Positions 40,015 to 49,367 of a stretch of DNA of 64,000 nucleotides are shown piece after piece. The translations under genes were made by a program, and so were the position numbers. This stretch comes from an uncultured Candidatus Saccharibacteria bacterium (GTDB lineage: Bacteria > Patescibacteriota > Minisyncoccia > Phycocordibacterales > JABMNX01), in NCBI GenBank assembly GCA_964575755.1, contig CAZNRH010000001.1, positions 115,347 through 179,346 of the forward strand. Direction: 5' to 3'. The notes beneath the pieces were generated by a model. It was given only the letters and a program-made list of their open reading frames with translations, was not told where the DNA came from and ran no database searches. How positions within the stretch are numbered: position 1 is the first letter of the stretch; each line of letters starts with the position of its first letter.

Positions 40015-41349
40015 ATGAGCGCATACAATACACTCATGCAAGAAAGTCTATTTATAAAAGGTCTCGATGGAGAGAAAACACTTAAAGGTGAGATAACTGT
40101 AAATGCTGCAAAAAATGCAGTGCTTAAAGCAATGATATCGAGTGTTCTTTTTGAAGACGAAATGACCCTTGTAGATGTGCCAAATATAGAAGACGTGCAC
40201 ACTACTGCAGACATACTAGAAGACTTAGGAATCACAGTGAAGATGCATAAAGAAGGAAGTAGGATTAGCTACACTTTCAAGGTTAACGGAGATGCGTCAA
40301 CAAGTCTTAATAAAGAGATTTCAAAAAAGATAAGAGCGTCGATAGTTTTTACAGGTCCAATTCTTTCTCGTTTTGGGAAAGTCACTTTCCCGCATCCTGG
40401 AGGAGATGTAATTGGTGCTCGACCTATCGATATCTTTTTAAATGGGTTTGAAAAATTTGGCGCAGAGGTAACTCATAAAGATGGAAATTATGAACTAAAA
40501 GCAAAAGGAAACAAGTTAAAGGGCGCAGATATATTTTTTGAAAAAATGACGCACACAGGTACAGAAACAATGATGATGACCGCGGTTCTTGCAGAAGGAA
40601 AGACTATACTTAAAAACTGTGCGATGGAGCCAGAAGTTAAAGACTTAGCTGATTTCCTTAACAACTGTGGTGCACATATCTCAGGGGCAGGTACGTCAAC
40701 AATTGAGATAGAGGGAGGAGACCCCCTTAGAGCAAACGGCAGAGAACACAGAGTCATACCAGACAGGCTAGAGGCAGGAAGTTTTTTAATCTTTGGAGCA
40801 CTGTGTGCAGACGAACTTGTTATAAACAATTGTAACCCGTCTCATTTAGAGTCTTTGATAGAGTTACTGCGTAAGTCAGGGGTTTCTATTGATACTGAAG
40901 TGGATAGAATTATTTTAAAGAACGGAAGTAAGAAACCAAATAAAGATTTAAAAGCAGTTGATATTAAGACTCATGAATATCCTGGGTTTGCCACAGACCT
41001 TCAGGCGCCAATGGTTGTGTATGCAACACAGGTGTCAGGTGAGAGCCTTGTGCACGAGACGATATTTGAGGGTCGTCTCAATTACACAGATGATCTAGTG
41101 AGGATGGGTGCAGATATCATAATGTGGGATTCTCATAGGGCTCAAGTGAAAGGACCAGCGCAACTTACTGGAAGATCTCTAGGGAGTCCAGATATACGAG
41201 CAGGGCTTGCTTATGTGATAGCTGCGTCAGTTGCAAAGGGTAATTCACTAATTAATAATGTGTATCATATTGACCGAGGATATGAGAGGATAGAAGAAAG
41301 ACTCAAGAACCTAGGGCTTGATATCACGCGTACAAAAAGAACAGAATAA
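40015..41349 (+). CDS. murA: UDP-N-acetylglucosamine 1-carboxyvinyltransferase
   Basis: EPT-family fold throughout; the active-site loop reads GGDVIGARPID (Asp at the usual Cys position). Confidence 0.9.
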   Translation: MSAYNTLMQESLFIKGLDGEKTLKGEITVNAAKNAVLKAMISSVLFEDEMTLVDVPNIEDVHTTADILEDLGITVKMHKEGSRISYTFKVNGDASTSLNKEISKKIRASIVFTGPILSRFGKVTFPHPGGDVIGARPIDIFLNGFEKFGAEVTHKDGNYELKAKGNKLKGADIFFEKMTHTGTETMMMTAVLAEGKTILKNCAMEPEVKDLADFLNNCGAHISGAGTSTIEIEGGDPLRANGREHRVIPDRLEAGSFLIFGALCADELVINNCNPSHLESLIELLRKSGVSIDTEVDRIILKNGSKKPNKDLKAVDIKTHEYPGFATDLQAPMVVYATQVSGESLVHETIFEGRLNYTDDLVRMGADIIMWDSHRAQVKGPAQLTGRSLGSPDIRAGLAYVIAASVAKGNSLINNVYHIDRGYERIEERLKNLGLDITRTKRTE

Positions 41350-41361
41350 TTCATAACAATA

Positions 41362-42375
41362 ATGTCATTTTTTACACCAAAACTAGGAATAGATTTAGGC
41401 ACCACATACACATTGGTGTATGTTCCTGGTAAAGGAGTTGTGTTAAATGAGCCGTCAGTAGTTGCAGTGTCAGAAATAGATAACAAAATACTTGCAGTAG
41501 GCAACGGTGCAAAGGACATGATAGGCCGAACGCCAGAGAGCATCATCGCATATCGCCCAATGAAAGATGGCGTTATTGCAGATTATAAAGTGACCGAGGC
41601 AATGCTTCGCTACTATATGAAGAAAGCACTTCCGTCGTGGAACGTATTTCGACCTGAAGTAATGATTTCAGTGCCAGCAGGAGTAACATCAACAGAAAGG
41701 CGAGCTGTGATTGAAGCTGCAACCAAAGCGGGTGCAAAAAGTGCATATGTGGTGAAAGAGCCAATACTCGCTGCAATAGGGGCTGGTATCCCAATACAAG
41801 AAGCGTGTGGACATATGATAGTGGACATAGGAGGGGGAACTATTGACGTAGCAGTGATTTCGCTTGGCGGTATTGTAGCTTCAACATCAGTAAAGTGTGC
41901 AGGGAACCGTATTGACCAAGCGATAGTAGATTACATAAAAAAGACATTTAACCTCGCTGTGGGGGACAAGACAGCAGAGGATATTAAAATTAAAGTAGGT
42001 TCAGCAGTACCTCTTGAAGAAGAGTTGGTGATGGTAATAAAAGGGCGAGACTTTTTAACTGGGTTGCCACGCTCTACTGACATACGAACAAATGAAATAG
42101 TGAAAGCAATCTCAAGAGAGCTGAGGGAAATGATTAAAGCGATTCGTGATGTACTACAAGATACACCACCTGAGCTCTCGGCTGACATTATTGATCAGGG
42201 GATAATCATGACAGGAGGTTCGTCATTACTACGAAACCTCCCAGAGTTAGTATTTCGTCGAACAGGGGTAAAAGCACATCTTGCTGATGACGCAAAATAT
42301 TGCGTAGCAAACGGTACAGGTATAGCACTCAATCATTTAGATACATATAAAAAGAGCATATTAGCGAAAAGGTAA
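41362..42375 (+). CDS. mreB: rod-shape-determining protein MreB (paralog 1, stand-alone)
   Basis: 337 aa; actin-fold phosphate motifs (DLGTTYTLVYV, DIGGGT). Confidence 0.9.
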   Translation: MSFFTPKLGIDLGTTYTLVYVPGKGVVLNEPSVVAVSEIDNKILAVGNGAKDMIGRTPESIIAYRPMKDGVIADYKVTEAMLRYYMKKALPSWNVFRPEVMISVPAGVTSTERRAVIEAATKAGAKSAYVVKEPILAAIGAGIPIQEACGHMIVDIGGGTIDVAVISLGGIVASTSVKCAGNRIDQAIVDYIKKTFNLAVGDKTAEDIKIKVGSAVPLEEELVMVIKGRDFLTGLPRSTDIRTNEIVKAISRELREMIKAIRDVLQDTPPELSADIIDQGIIMTGGSSLLRNLPELVFRRTGVKAHLADDAKYCVANGTGIALNHLDTYKKSILAKR

Positions 42376-42556
42376 GGGGTCGCTCGTTTTCTCTCTTTAT
42401 AAGACGAATGTTTCAGTAGTTGAAAATTAAAGTCGTATTAATAATAAAAAGTCCAAGACTCACTGCAAAAAGGTAGTTCAGACAATTGGACTTTTTTTAT
42501 TGCAACTCCTTAATTTTCTAACCACCTTTCGCAAGTCTTATAAAGAGAGAAAGCTC
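42376..42556 (+). repeat. TIR-bounded structured element 1 (starts at the mreB stop with TAAGGGGTCGCTCG; ~20-bp terminal inverted repeats ttctctctttataagac / gtcttataaagagagaa; internal terminator-like hairpin)
   Basis: Seen directly; shares its 5' box and architecture with the element at 53827..53985. Confidence 0.55.
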
Positions 42557-42620
42557 ACTGTGACTGACTCCGCCTTTTCTTTTTATGATTTTTTGTATGG
42601 TTTTGTTACTATAAGGGGTA

Positions 42621-43316
42621 ATGAAAGATATAGCATCACTATTACCAAAAAATCTTCACCATGCGTATGTTATTGAGGGTGGTGAAAGCATTAAGGAACA
42701 ACTACTTCAGTATGTTGAGGACTCTCTTGGAATGAAGACGAGAGGTAATCCAGATATATATATTCGTGAACATGACGTGTTTGGTATAGCTGATGGCAGA
42801 GAAATACAACGATTCGAATCTAATCGCCCAATACACGGCGACAAAAAGATTTTTATACTCTTATTTAAATCAGTCACACTAGAAGCACAAAACTCACTCT
42901 TAAAAACATTTGAAGAGCCGACAGTTGGTACTCACTTTTTTATCATCACACCATCGTCAGAGAATCTTCTTAAGACACTACTTTCACGTGTGCATGTTAT
43001 ACAAGGAACGGAAAAGAATAAAGCACCTTCTATTTTTGCTAAAAAATTTCTAGCTTCACATCCTGCAGATAGACTCGCACTTATTGCGGACATAATCGAA
43101 TCAAAAGACAAACACGAAGCCATCGAGCTTGTTAATGGGCTTGAGGTTGGACTGTATAAGCATAATCATACAAAAAGGCCTGCGGGCACGATTTCATCTC
43201 AGGATGAAATCGCGTTTGAATCACTCCGAGATGTTCGCTCGTATTTAAACGATAGATCTTCTTCTGTGAAAATTCTTCTTGAACACTTATCAGTAACCTT
43301 ACCTCGTATTACATAA
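42621..43316 (+). CDS. holB: DNA polymerase III subunit delta'
   Basis: 231 aa; HAYVIEG at the usual Walker A position, which is typical of delta'; AQNSLLKTFEEP and LLSRVHVI sensor motifs. Confidence 0.7.
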   Translation: MKDIASLLPKNLHHAYVIEGGESIKEQLLQYVEDSLGMKTRGNPDIYIREHDVFGIADGREIQRFESNRPIHGDKKIFILLFKSVTLEAQNSLLKTFEEPTVGTHFFIITPSSENLLKTLLSRVHVIQGTEKNKAPSIFAKKFLASHPADRLALIADIIESKDKHEAIELVNGLEVGLYKHNHTKRPAGTISSQDEIAFESLRDVRSYLNDRSSSVKILLEHLSVTLPRIT

Positions 43317-43317
43317 T

Positions 43318-44274
43318 ATGTTGTCTCAAAAAACATCAGTAGTACTCACAGCAACATTTATATTCTCACTATTGGTGTTGCCAGCGTTTGGTGCGCTTGA
43401 TACTAAATACGTTGGTTTCGTAGACTCATCACTTTGGTTTGACAGAGAACCATTTTTCTCTGGCGAAGAAGTACGAATATATACGACACTTGCAAACAGC
43501 TCGAGTGCTGACTTCAAAGGGTCTGTTGAGTTTTACGATGGTGATGCTGTTATAGATAGCGCCGATGTTACGCTTGAGCGAAACGGAGGTTTCCAAGTGG
43601 TGTGGGTTGATTGGACTCCTACTGAAGGAGACCACTCTGTAGGTGTAAAAATTGTTGATGCAACATTAACTCCTCCAGGAGGAGAACCAGAATCAGTTGT
43701 ATATGAAAACAATAATACATATTCACAAGACAGGTTTATAGACACAGACACAGACGGAGATGGGGTAGGGAATATAGAAGATTTAGATGACGATAATGAT
43801 AATATTCTTGACTCAGAAGACGAAGAGCCTCTTATCGCTACTATTTATGACGACAAAGAAGAATCTCTTAAAAAAGATCTAGAGGAAAAAAGCACTGAGA
43901 TAGTTTCAAAATTAGGAGAGTTTGCTTCAAGCACATCTCCTAAAATAGCCACAGCGGTAGAAAAGACAATTGACGCAATTGAAGAATTTCGTGTTACACA
44001 AAGTAAAAATATTAAAGAAAAGATACAGGAAACAAAGAAGAAAATAGACAAGGAAAAAGCAAGTTTAGAAGACGGGTATTTAGATGAAACAGGAGAAAAA
44101 AAGAAAAACGCACCATTTAACCAACTCCAACTTCTTGCACTTACTACGGCAGGATATACACTAAGTAACAAGATAGTATTTTATATAACGGGTGTATTTA
44201 TCTTATATTTCATTCTTAAGAAAATTATTCCATGGATATATAGGTTGATGAGAGGAAGAAGTGAAGAATATTAA
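43318..44274 (+). CDS. surface protein with signal peptide, Ig-like domain, Asp-rich Ca-binding-like repeats, coiled coil and C-terminal TM anchor
   Basis: 318 aa; DTDTDGDGVGNIEDLDDDNDNILDSEDEE thrombospondin-type-3-like stretch; C-terminal hydrophobic helix followed by RLMRGR. Confidence 0.5.
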   Translation: MLSQKTSVVLTATFIFSLLVLPAFGALDTKYVGFVDSSLWFDREPFFSGEEVRIYTTLANSSSADFKGSVEFYDGDAVIDSADVTLERNGGFQVVWVDWTPTEGDHSVGVKIVDATLTPPGGEPESVVYENNNTYSQDRFIDTDTDGDGVGNIEDLDDDNDNILDSEDEEPLIATIYDDKEESLKKDLEEKSTEIVSKLGEFASSTSPKIATAVEKTIDAIEEFRVTQSKNIKEKIQETKKKIDKEKASLEDGYLDETGEKKKNAPFNQLQLLALTTAGYTLSNKIVFYITGVFILYFILKKIIPWIYRLMRGRSEEY

Positions 44275-44320
44275 GAATTAGTTTTTAGTTGATGGTGAGT
44301 AGTTTATAGTCAAAAACAAC

Positions 44321-44629
44321 ATGCAAACATTTACTTTAATTATAATTGGGGTTCTCGGGATAGCGCTCGGGCTTATTTTGGGGCGTGCTGGATCCAATAA
44401 ACACTTAAGTAATTTTGTAAACAAAGAAAGATACCCACTTAAAGAGCGTAGGAAAACAATGCTTTTAAAACATCTTAAAGATCGAGAGAGACTTACTAAC
44501 AGCAAAGCTCAAGAATTGCTTGGAGTGTCAGATACTACAGCCGTTAGGTATTTTGATGAGCTAGAGGAAGAAGGCTTAGTGGTGCAGAAAGGTGAACATG
44601 GACGCGGAGTGTATTACGAGCTTGTCTAA
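44321..44629 (+). CDS. small membrane-anchored winged-helix DNA-binding protein
   Basis: 102 aa; N-terminal TM; C-terminal HTH (AQELLGVSDTTAVRYFDELEEEGLVVQKG). Confidence 0.55.
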   Translation: MQTFTLIIIGVLGIALGLILGRAGSNKHLSNFVNKERYPLKERRKTMLLKHLKDRERLTNSKAQELLGVSDTTAVRYFDELEEEGLVVQKGEHGRGVYYELV

Positions 44630-44644
44630 CTAATATATAAGCCA

Positions 44645-44695
44645 CAAAAGAATGCCCCAACCACTTGGGGCATTCTTTTTATGGCTTAAACAGAA
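44645..44695. terminator. strong bidirectional terminator (21-bp stem aagccacaaaagaatgcccca / tggggcattctttttatggctt)
   Basis: Seen directly. Confidence 0.7.
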
Positions 44696-44787
44696 CTCTT
44701 TACAGGCAGGCATTAATGTTATTTATTTTACACACAGACATGAACATATTATACATAAAATAGATAATCTGGAAAGGGAACATTATC

Positions 44788-45276
44788 ATGCAAGGCATTT
44801 TAACAGATAGTCTGGTGACCAGAGCGTTTGATTTGGTTCGCCCATGTATTGAGCTCACTATGAGGTCAGGAATTACTAGCGGTGAAGATCTTGCTGTTGT
44901 AGTAACAGCAACTAACGATATAAATCCATGGACGCCGGAAGCTGACGGGAAGTCTTTCGAGGACTCTTGTTATCTGGTTGCCTCGATCGGAAAACTGGAA
45001 CGCCACACATACCCGATTGCTAAAATAGCACTCAGGAAAGCAGAGCAATCAGTAAGGACGGGGTTACCAACTTCGAAATTAGCACCACAGTATTTACTTG
45101 GTGATGACACTCTTTATTGGGGCAGTGTGGTTGTCGATGGTATCGTCGTCGCCTGTTCTGGTCTTAAACCGTACCACGATGAAATGTTTGCCTATTGGAT
45201 TGCCACAGCAATTCAAGCAGAGGCAAAGAGCAGGTATGAAGAATTGCTCGCTGGCGGAGGAAGCTTCGTCGAGTAG
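44788..45276 (+). CDS. GlcG/DUF336-like (putative heme-binding) protein, GC-elevated
   Basis: 162 aa; GSVVVDGIVVACSGLKPYHDEMFAYWIATAI resembles the DUF336 C-terminal G-rich motif; composition about 47% GC. Confidence 0.4.
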   Translation: MQGILTDSLVTRAFDLVRPCIELTMRSGITSGEDLAVVVTATNDINPWTPEADGKSFEDSCYLVASIGKLERHTYPIAKIALRKAEQSVRTGLPTSKLAPQYLLGDDTLYWGSVVVDGIVVACSGLKPYHDEMFAYWIATAIQAEAKSRYEELLAGGGSFVE

Positions 45277-45283
45277 GGTTTTA

Positions 45284-45340
45284 CAACCCGTTAAAAACAG
45301 TCCGTTGGACTCGTTTTTAACGGGCTGTTTTTTTGTTTAA
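45284..45340 (+). terminator. compound terminator (outer 12-bp stem cccgttaaaaac/gtttttaacggg, inner agtcc/ggact) with a T7 run
   Basis: Seen directly. Confidence 0.75.
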
Positions 45341-45377
45341 AAATTATTTTGAAACTTCGTGCCATTTTTCTACTTTT

Positions 45378-45400
45378 AACTTTATACTTTATACTTTATA
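45378..45400 (+). repeat. 7-bp tandem repeat (tttatac) x3 upstream of frr
   Basis: actttatactttatactttatact. Confidence 0.6.
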
Positions 45401-45410
45401 CTAGTTCTAT

Positions 45411-45962
45411 ATGACATACGATTTTTCACAATTAAAACAAAAGATAGAGGATACGGAAGTGTGGCTTAAGAAAGAATTTCAAGGAATTCGCACGGGGCAG
45501 GCAACACCAACTCTTCTTGATAATATTCAAGTTGAATCATATGGTACTCGTGTACCGCTTAATCAGGTAGGGAATGTAGGTGTAGAAGACGCACGAACAC
45601 TACGTGTGAGTATATGGAATGTAGAGCAAATAAAAGATGTTGAGAAGGCAATAACAGACGCTAATCTTGGCGTAGGTGTTTCACCTGACGAAAGTGGCGT
45701 GCGTGTTACATTTCCAGAACTTACTTCAGAGAGACGAGTCACATTGATTAAGCTTTCAAAGGACAAGCTTGAAGAGGCGAGAATATCACTACGGAACGAA
45801 CGTGACACTGTGTGGAATGATATACAAAAGCAAGAAAAGGCAGGCGATATAAGCGAAGACGAAAAGTTTGGCAGTAAAGAGGAGATGCAAAGACTTATCG
45901 ATGAAGGAAACAAATCTCTTGATACGCTAGGAGATAAAAAAGAAGCTGAAATTAAATCATAA
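45411..45962 (+). CDS. frr: ribosome recycling factor
   Basis: 183 aa; full-length RRF similarity. Confidence 0.95.
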   Translation: MTYDFSQLKQKIEDTEVWLKKEFQGIRTGQATPTLLDNIQVESYGTRVPLNQVGNVGVEDARTLRVSIWNVEQIKDVEKAITDANLGVGVSPDESGVRVTFPELTSERRVTLIKLSKDKLEEARISLRNERDTVWNDIQKQEKAGDISEDEKFGSKEEMQRLIDEGNKSLDTLGDKKEAEIKS

Positions 45963-45972
45963 CCTTTAACTA

Positions 45973-47097
45973 ATGTCTATATTAATATTCTTAGGAGTTC
46001 TTATAGTTCTTATTATCGTCCATGAATTTGGGCATTTTATTGTTGCAAAACGCTCTGGTATCCGTGTGGACGAGTTTGGAGTAGGTTTTCCGCCAAAACT
46101 TTTTGGCAAGAAATATGGTGAGACGGAGTACACTGTAAATGCTTTACCGTTTGGTGGATTTGTAAAAATATTTGGTGAGAATCCTGATGACGAATCAATG
46201 AATGGTCCAGATAGCTCTCGCGCACTTATCCATAAGCCAAAATTAATTCAAGCGGCGGTACTTTTTGCGGGGGTGTTTTTTAATATTTTGTTTGCTTGGC
46301 TTTTGTTCTCTATAACATTAATGGTTGGTATGCCAACACTTGTAAACACGCAAGATGAAAGTGTCTCTAAATATATTTCAAATGAACGACTTGTGATAAC
46401 GCAGGTTTTACCTAACTCTCCCGCAGAAGAAGTATCGCTTACTCCTGGAGATGAAATAATTTCTCTTTTCCCTCCTATTTATTCATCTATCCCGTCTATA
46501 CATCCAGAGAATATGGAAGCAGTCAGCACTTTTATCAGTGCACACAAAGGGGAAGCTATAACCATAGAGCTTATACGTAGTGGTAAAGAGGAGAAAGTTA
46601 CAGTTACTCCAGAAAGTGGGTTGATAGATGGATCGCTAGACACTCCAGCTATTGGTATTGGTATGGGGATTGTTGGAGACTTAAAGCTCCCAATTCATCT
46701 TGCAATACTTGAAGGAGGCAAGAAAACCATAGACATGTTTTACCGCATTACTGTGGGTATAGGAATGTTCTTGTATGATGTTATCTTGTTTAAAGCAGAT
46801 TTATCATCAGTTGCTGGTCCTATTGGCATAGTTGGACTTGTTGGCGACGCGTCTGCACTTGGATTTTTGATACTTCTTAACTTCACCGCTTTAATATCAC
46901 TAAACCTTGCTGTGATTAATCTTATCCCGTTTCCTGCACTCGACGGTGGGCGGTTACTATTCCTTGCGATTGAGGCAGTTAAAGGTACCCCTATAAAACC
47001 ACACGTTGCTAATGCATTTAATTTTATTGGGTTTGCACTTCTAATACTCCTTATGCTTGTTGTTACATACGGCGATATTCTCCGTATTGTTAAATAA
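45973..47097 (+). CDS. rseP: RIP metalloprotease RseP (site-2 protease)
   Basis: HEFGHF zinc motif in TM1, a PDZ domain, C-terminal LDGG motif. Confidence 0.9.
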   Translation: MSILIFLGVLIVLIIVHEFGHFIVAKRSGIRVDEFGVGFPPKLFGKKYGETEYTVNALPFGGFVKIFGENPDDESMNGPDSSRALIHKPKLIQAAVLFAGVFFNILFAWLLFSITLMVGMPTLVNTQDESVSKYISNERLVITQVLPNSPAEEVSLTPGDEIISLFPPIYSSIPSIHPENMEAVSTFISAHKGEAITIELIRSGKEEKVTVTPESGLIDGSLDTPAIGIGMGIVGDLKLPIHLAILEGGKKTIDMFYRITVGIGMFLYDVILFKADLSSVAGPIGIVGLVGDASALGFLILLNFTALISLNLAVINLIPFPALDGGRLLFLAIEAVKGTPIKPHVANAFNFIGFALLILLMLVVTYGDILRIVK

Positions 47098-47176
47098 GAT
47101 AGTTAAGCAAAGCAAATCACCACATCGCTTAGTTGTCCGACCATTAAGTGACGTTATTAGTGATATTATTAATGTA

Positions 47177-47848
47177 ATGAGAAAAACTCCTTTTATAACT
47201 GGTGAGTATTATCATATCTATAATCGCGGAGTAGAGAAAATAGATACATTCAAGGACTTACATGACGCTCAGCGTTTTTTGCAGAGCATGGAAGAGTTTA
47301 ATACTATTGAACCCATAGGAAGTATTTATGAAAATAATTTTCGTAAAAATAACCAACTTAGTGGTCGGACCACTAAGTCAGAAAGATTAGTGGAATTTTT
47401 GTGTTATTGCGTCAATCCTAATCATTATCATTTTGTATTATTACAGGTGGTTGATGGAGGTATAAGCGAATTCATTAGAAGGTTATCTGGTGGATATACA
47501 CGGTACTTTAATCACAGACATAAACGTTCTGGCGTGCTGTTTCAGGGGAAATTTAAATCTGTACACATAGATTCTAATGAATATTTATTACATTTAAGCG
47601 CATATGTAAATCTAAATAATAAAGTCCATAAACTTAGTGGTCCGACTGCTAAGTTAGTGAGATCAAGTTGGGATGAATATATCGATGGAAGTAGAAGAAA
47701 TAACAAAGAATGTTTTTGCAAGAAAGACATTATTTTAGGACAATTCAAAAACAAATCTGAATATAAAAAATATGCGGAATCTTCATTAAAAGACATGGTA
47801 AAAATAAAAGAAGTTACTAAAGGATTGGAAGATTTGCTATTAGAATAA
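47177..47848 (+). mobile_element. IS200/IS605-family Y1 (HUH) transposase, RAYT-like
   Basis: HUH motif NHYHFVL; C-terminal YTRYFNHRHKRSGVLFQGKFKS matches the RAYT/TnpA-IS200 consensus (RHGRSGHLWQGRFK) with the catalytic Tyr. Confidence 0.7.
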
Positions 47849-47859
47849 GTTACTCAGTT

Positions 47860-47894
47860 CTCTTCACTTAGTGGTCGGACCACTAAGTGAAGAG
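47860..47894. repeat. REP-like perfect palindrome downstream of the transposase (ctcttcacttagtggtc-cg-gaccactaagtgaagag); related copies at 47357..47377 (in-frame inside the gene), 47632..47656 (degenerate, inside the gene) and 47125..47152 (degenerate, upstream)
   Basis: The 22-nt core cttagtggtcggaccactaagt is identical between the internal and downstream copies. Confidence 0.7.
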
Positions 47895-47953
47895 AATGGT
47901 AAGAATGTATGCAAAAAACACTGTTTTGACCGTAGCGATTAGATACGATACTA

Positions 47954-49225
47954 TTGCTTGTAATGAGACAAAGTAAATTATTCACAAAAACCAGAAAAGA
48001 GGCTCCAAAAGATGAGGTGTCAAAAAACGCTCAGCTTTTAATCCGTGCAGGGTATATTCATAAAGAGATGGCAGGTGTGTATTCATTCCTACCTCTAGGT
48101 GTGCGAGTAATGGATAATATTAAAAATATTATTCGTGATGAGATGAATGTTATAGGAGGGCAGGAAGTATTTATGTCATCACTACAAGATCCTGAACTTT
48201 GGAAGAAGACAGACAGATGGAATGATGAAGTTGTTGATGTTTGGTTTAAATCTAAACTCAAAGCAGGTGGCGACATAGGTTTTGCGTGGACGCATGAGGA
48301 AATGATTACACGAATTATGTCAGAGTATATTCGTTCGTACAAAGACCTACCACTCTATACGTATCACATACAAAATAAATTTAGAAATGAAGTTCGTGCT
48401 AAAAGCGGTATTATGCGTACGAGAGAGTTCTTTATGAAGGACCTGTACTCTTTCTCTCGAACACAGGAGGAGCACGACAAGTTCTATGCTGAATCAGCAG
48501 AGACTTACATGCGTGTATTCAATAGGCTTGGTATAGGAGATAAAACATACAAGACATTTGCGTCAGGGGGCGCATTTACAAAGTTTAGCCACGAGTTTCA
48601 AACACTATCAGAAGCCGGTGAAGATATTATTTATATTAATGAAGAAAAGGGCATAGCAGTAAATGAGGAAGTTCTTGCTGACGCCGACTTATCTGAGCTT
48701 GGAGTAACCCGTGAAGAATTGGAAAAAAGAAAAAGTATCGAAGTTGGCAATATATTTTCTTTAGGTACTAAGTTCTCAGAAGCTTTGGGATTAAAGTATG
48801 TAGACGAAGCAGGGGAGGAGAAGCCAATTATTATGGGATCATATGGTATTGGGCCAGCTCGTGCAATGGGTACTGTCGTCGAGCTTCTTTCAGATGACAA
48901 AGGTATTGTGTGGCCAGAAGAAGTTGCACCATTTAAGATTCACCTTGTTGAAATTGGAGGAGGGGACGAGAAAGTGCAGGTATATGCTGATGAATTGTAT
49001 AAGAAATTTGCCGACACTGGTATAGACGTGTTGTATGACGACAGAGACGCTCGAGCAGGAGAGAAATTTGCCGACAGTGACTTACTGGGCATTCCTACTC
49101 GTGTCGTTATAAGTAAAAAGACACTTGAAGGTGGGGCTGATAATAATTCTGGTAACAATATAGAGCGTGTTGATAGAAAGACAGGAAAGGTCGAGATGGT
49201 TAGTGAGGCTGAACTTTTCTCTTAG
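47954..49225 (+). CDS. proS: proline--tRNA ligase (short form without INS editing domain)
   Basis: 423 aa; class II motifs; ProRS catalytic core and C-terminal anticodon-binding domain; too short to hold the bacterial INS domain. Confidence 0.85.
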   Translation: MLVMRQSKLFTKTRKEAPKDEVSKNAQLLIRAGYIHKEMAGVYSFLPLGVRVMDNIKNIIRDEMNVIGGQEVFMSSLQDPELWKKTDRWNDEVVDVWFKSKLKAGGDIGFAWTHEEMITRIMSEYIRSYKDLPLYTYHIQNKFRNEVRAKSGIMRTREFFMKDLYSFSRTQEEHDKFYAESAETYMRVFNRLGIGDKTYKTFASGGAFTKFSHEFQTLSEAGEDIIYINEEKGIAVNEEVLADADLSELGVTREELEKRKSIEVGNIFSLGTKFSEALGLKYVDEAGEEKPIIMGSYGIGPARAMGTVVELLSDDKGIVWPEEVAPFKIHLVEIGGGDEKVQVYADELYKKFADTGIDVLYDDRDARAGEKFADSDLLGIPTRVVISKKTLEGGADNNSGNNIERVDRKTGKVEMVSEAELFS

Positions 49226-49367
49226 AGGATTATGAATCCCGTTAAAGATAAGTCGTACGTAAATGACTGTCGGACACTGAAACAGAATATGAAACAAGGT
49301 CAACAATTACAAATATATTTAATTTTAGGACAAAGGTTGTTTACGCCGGTGTCCTATCTCTAACGGG

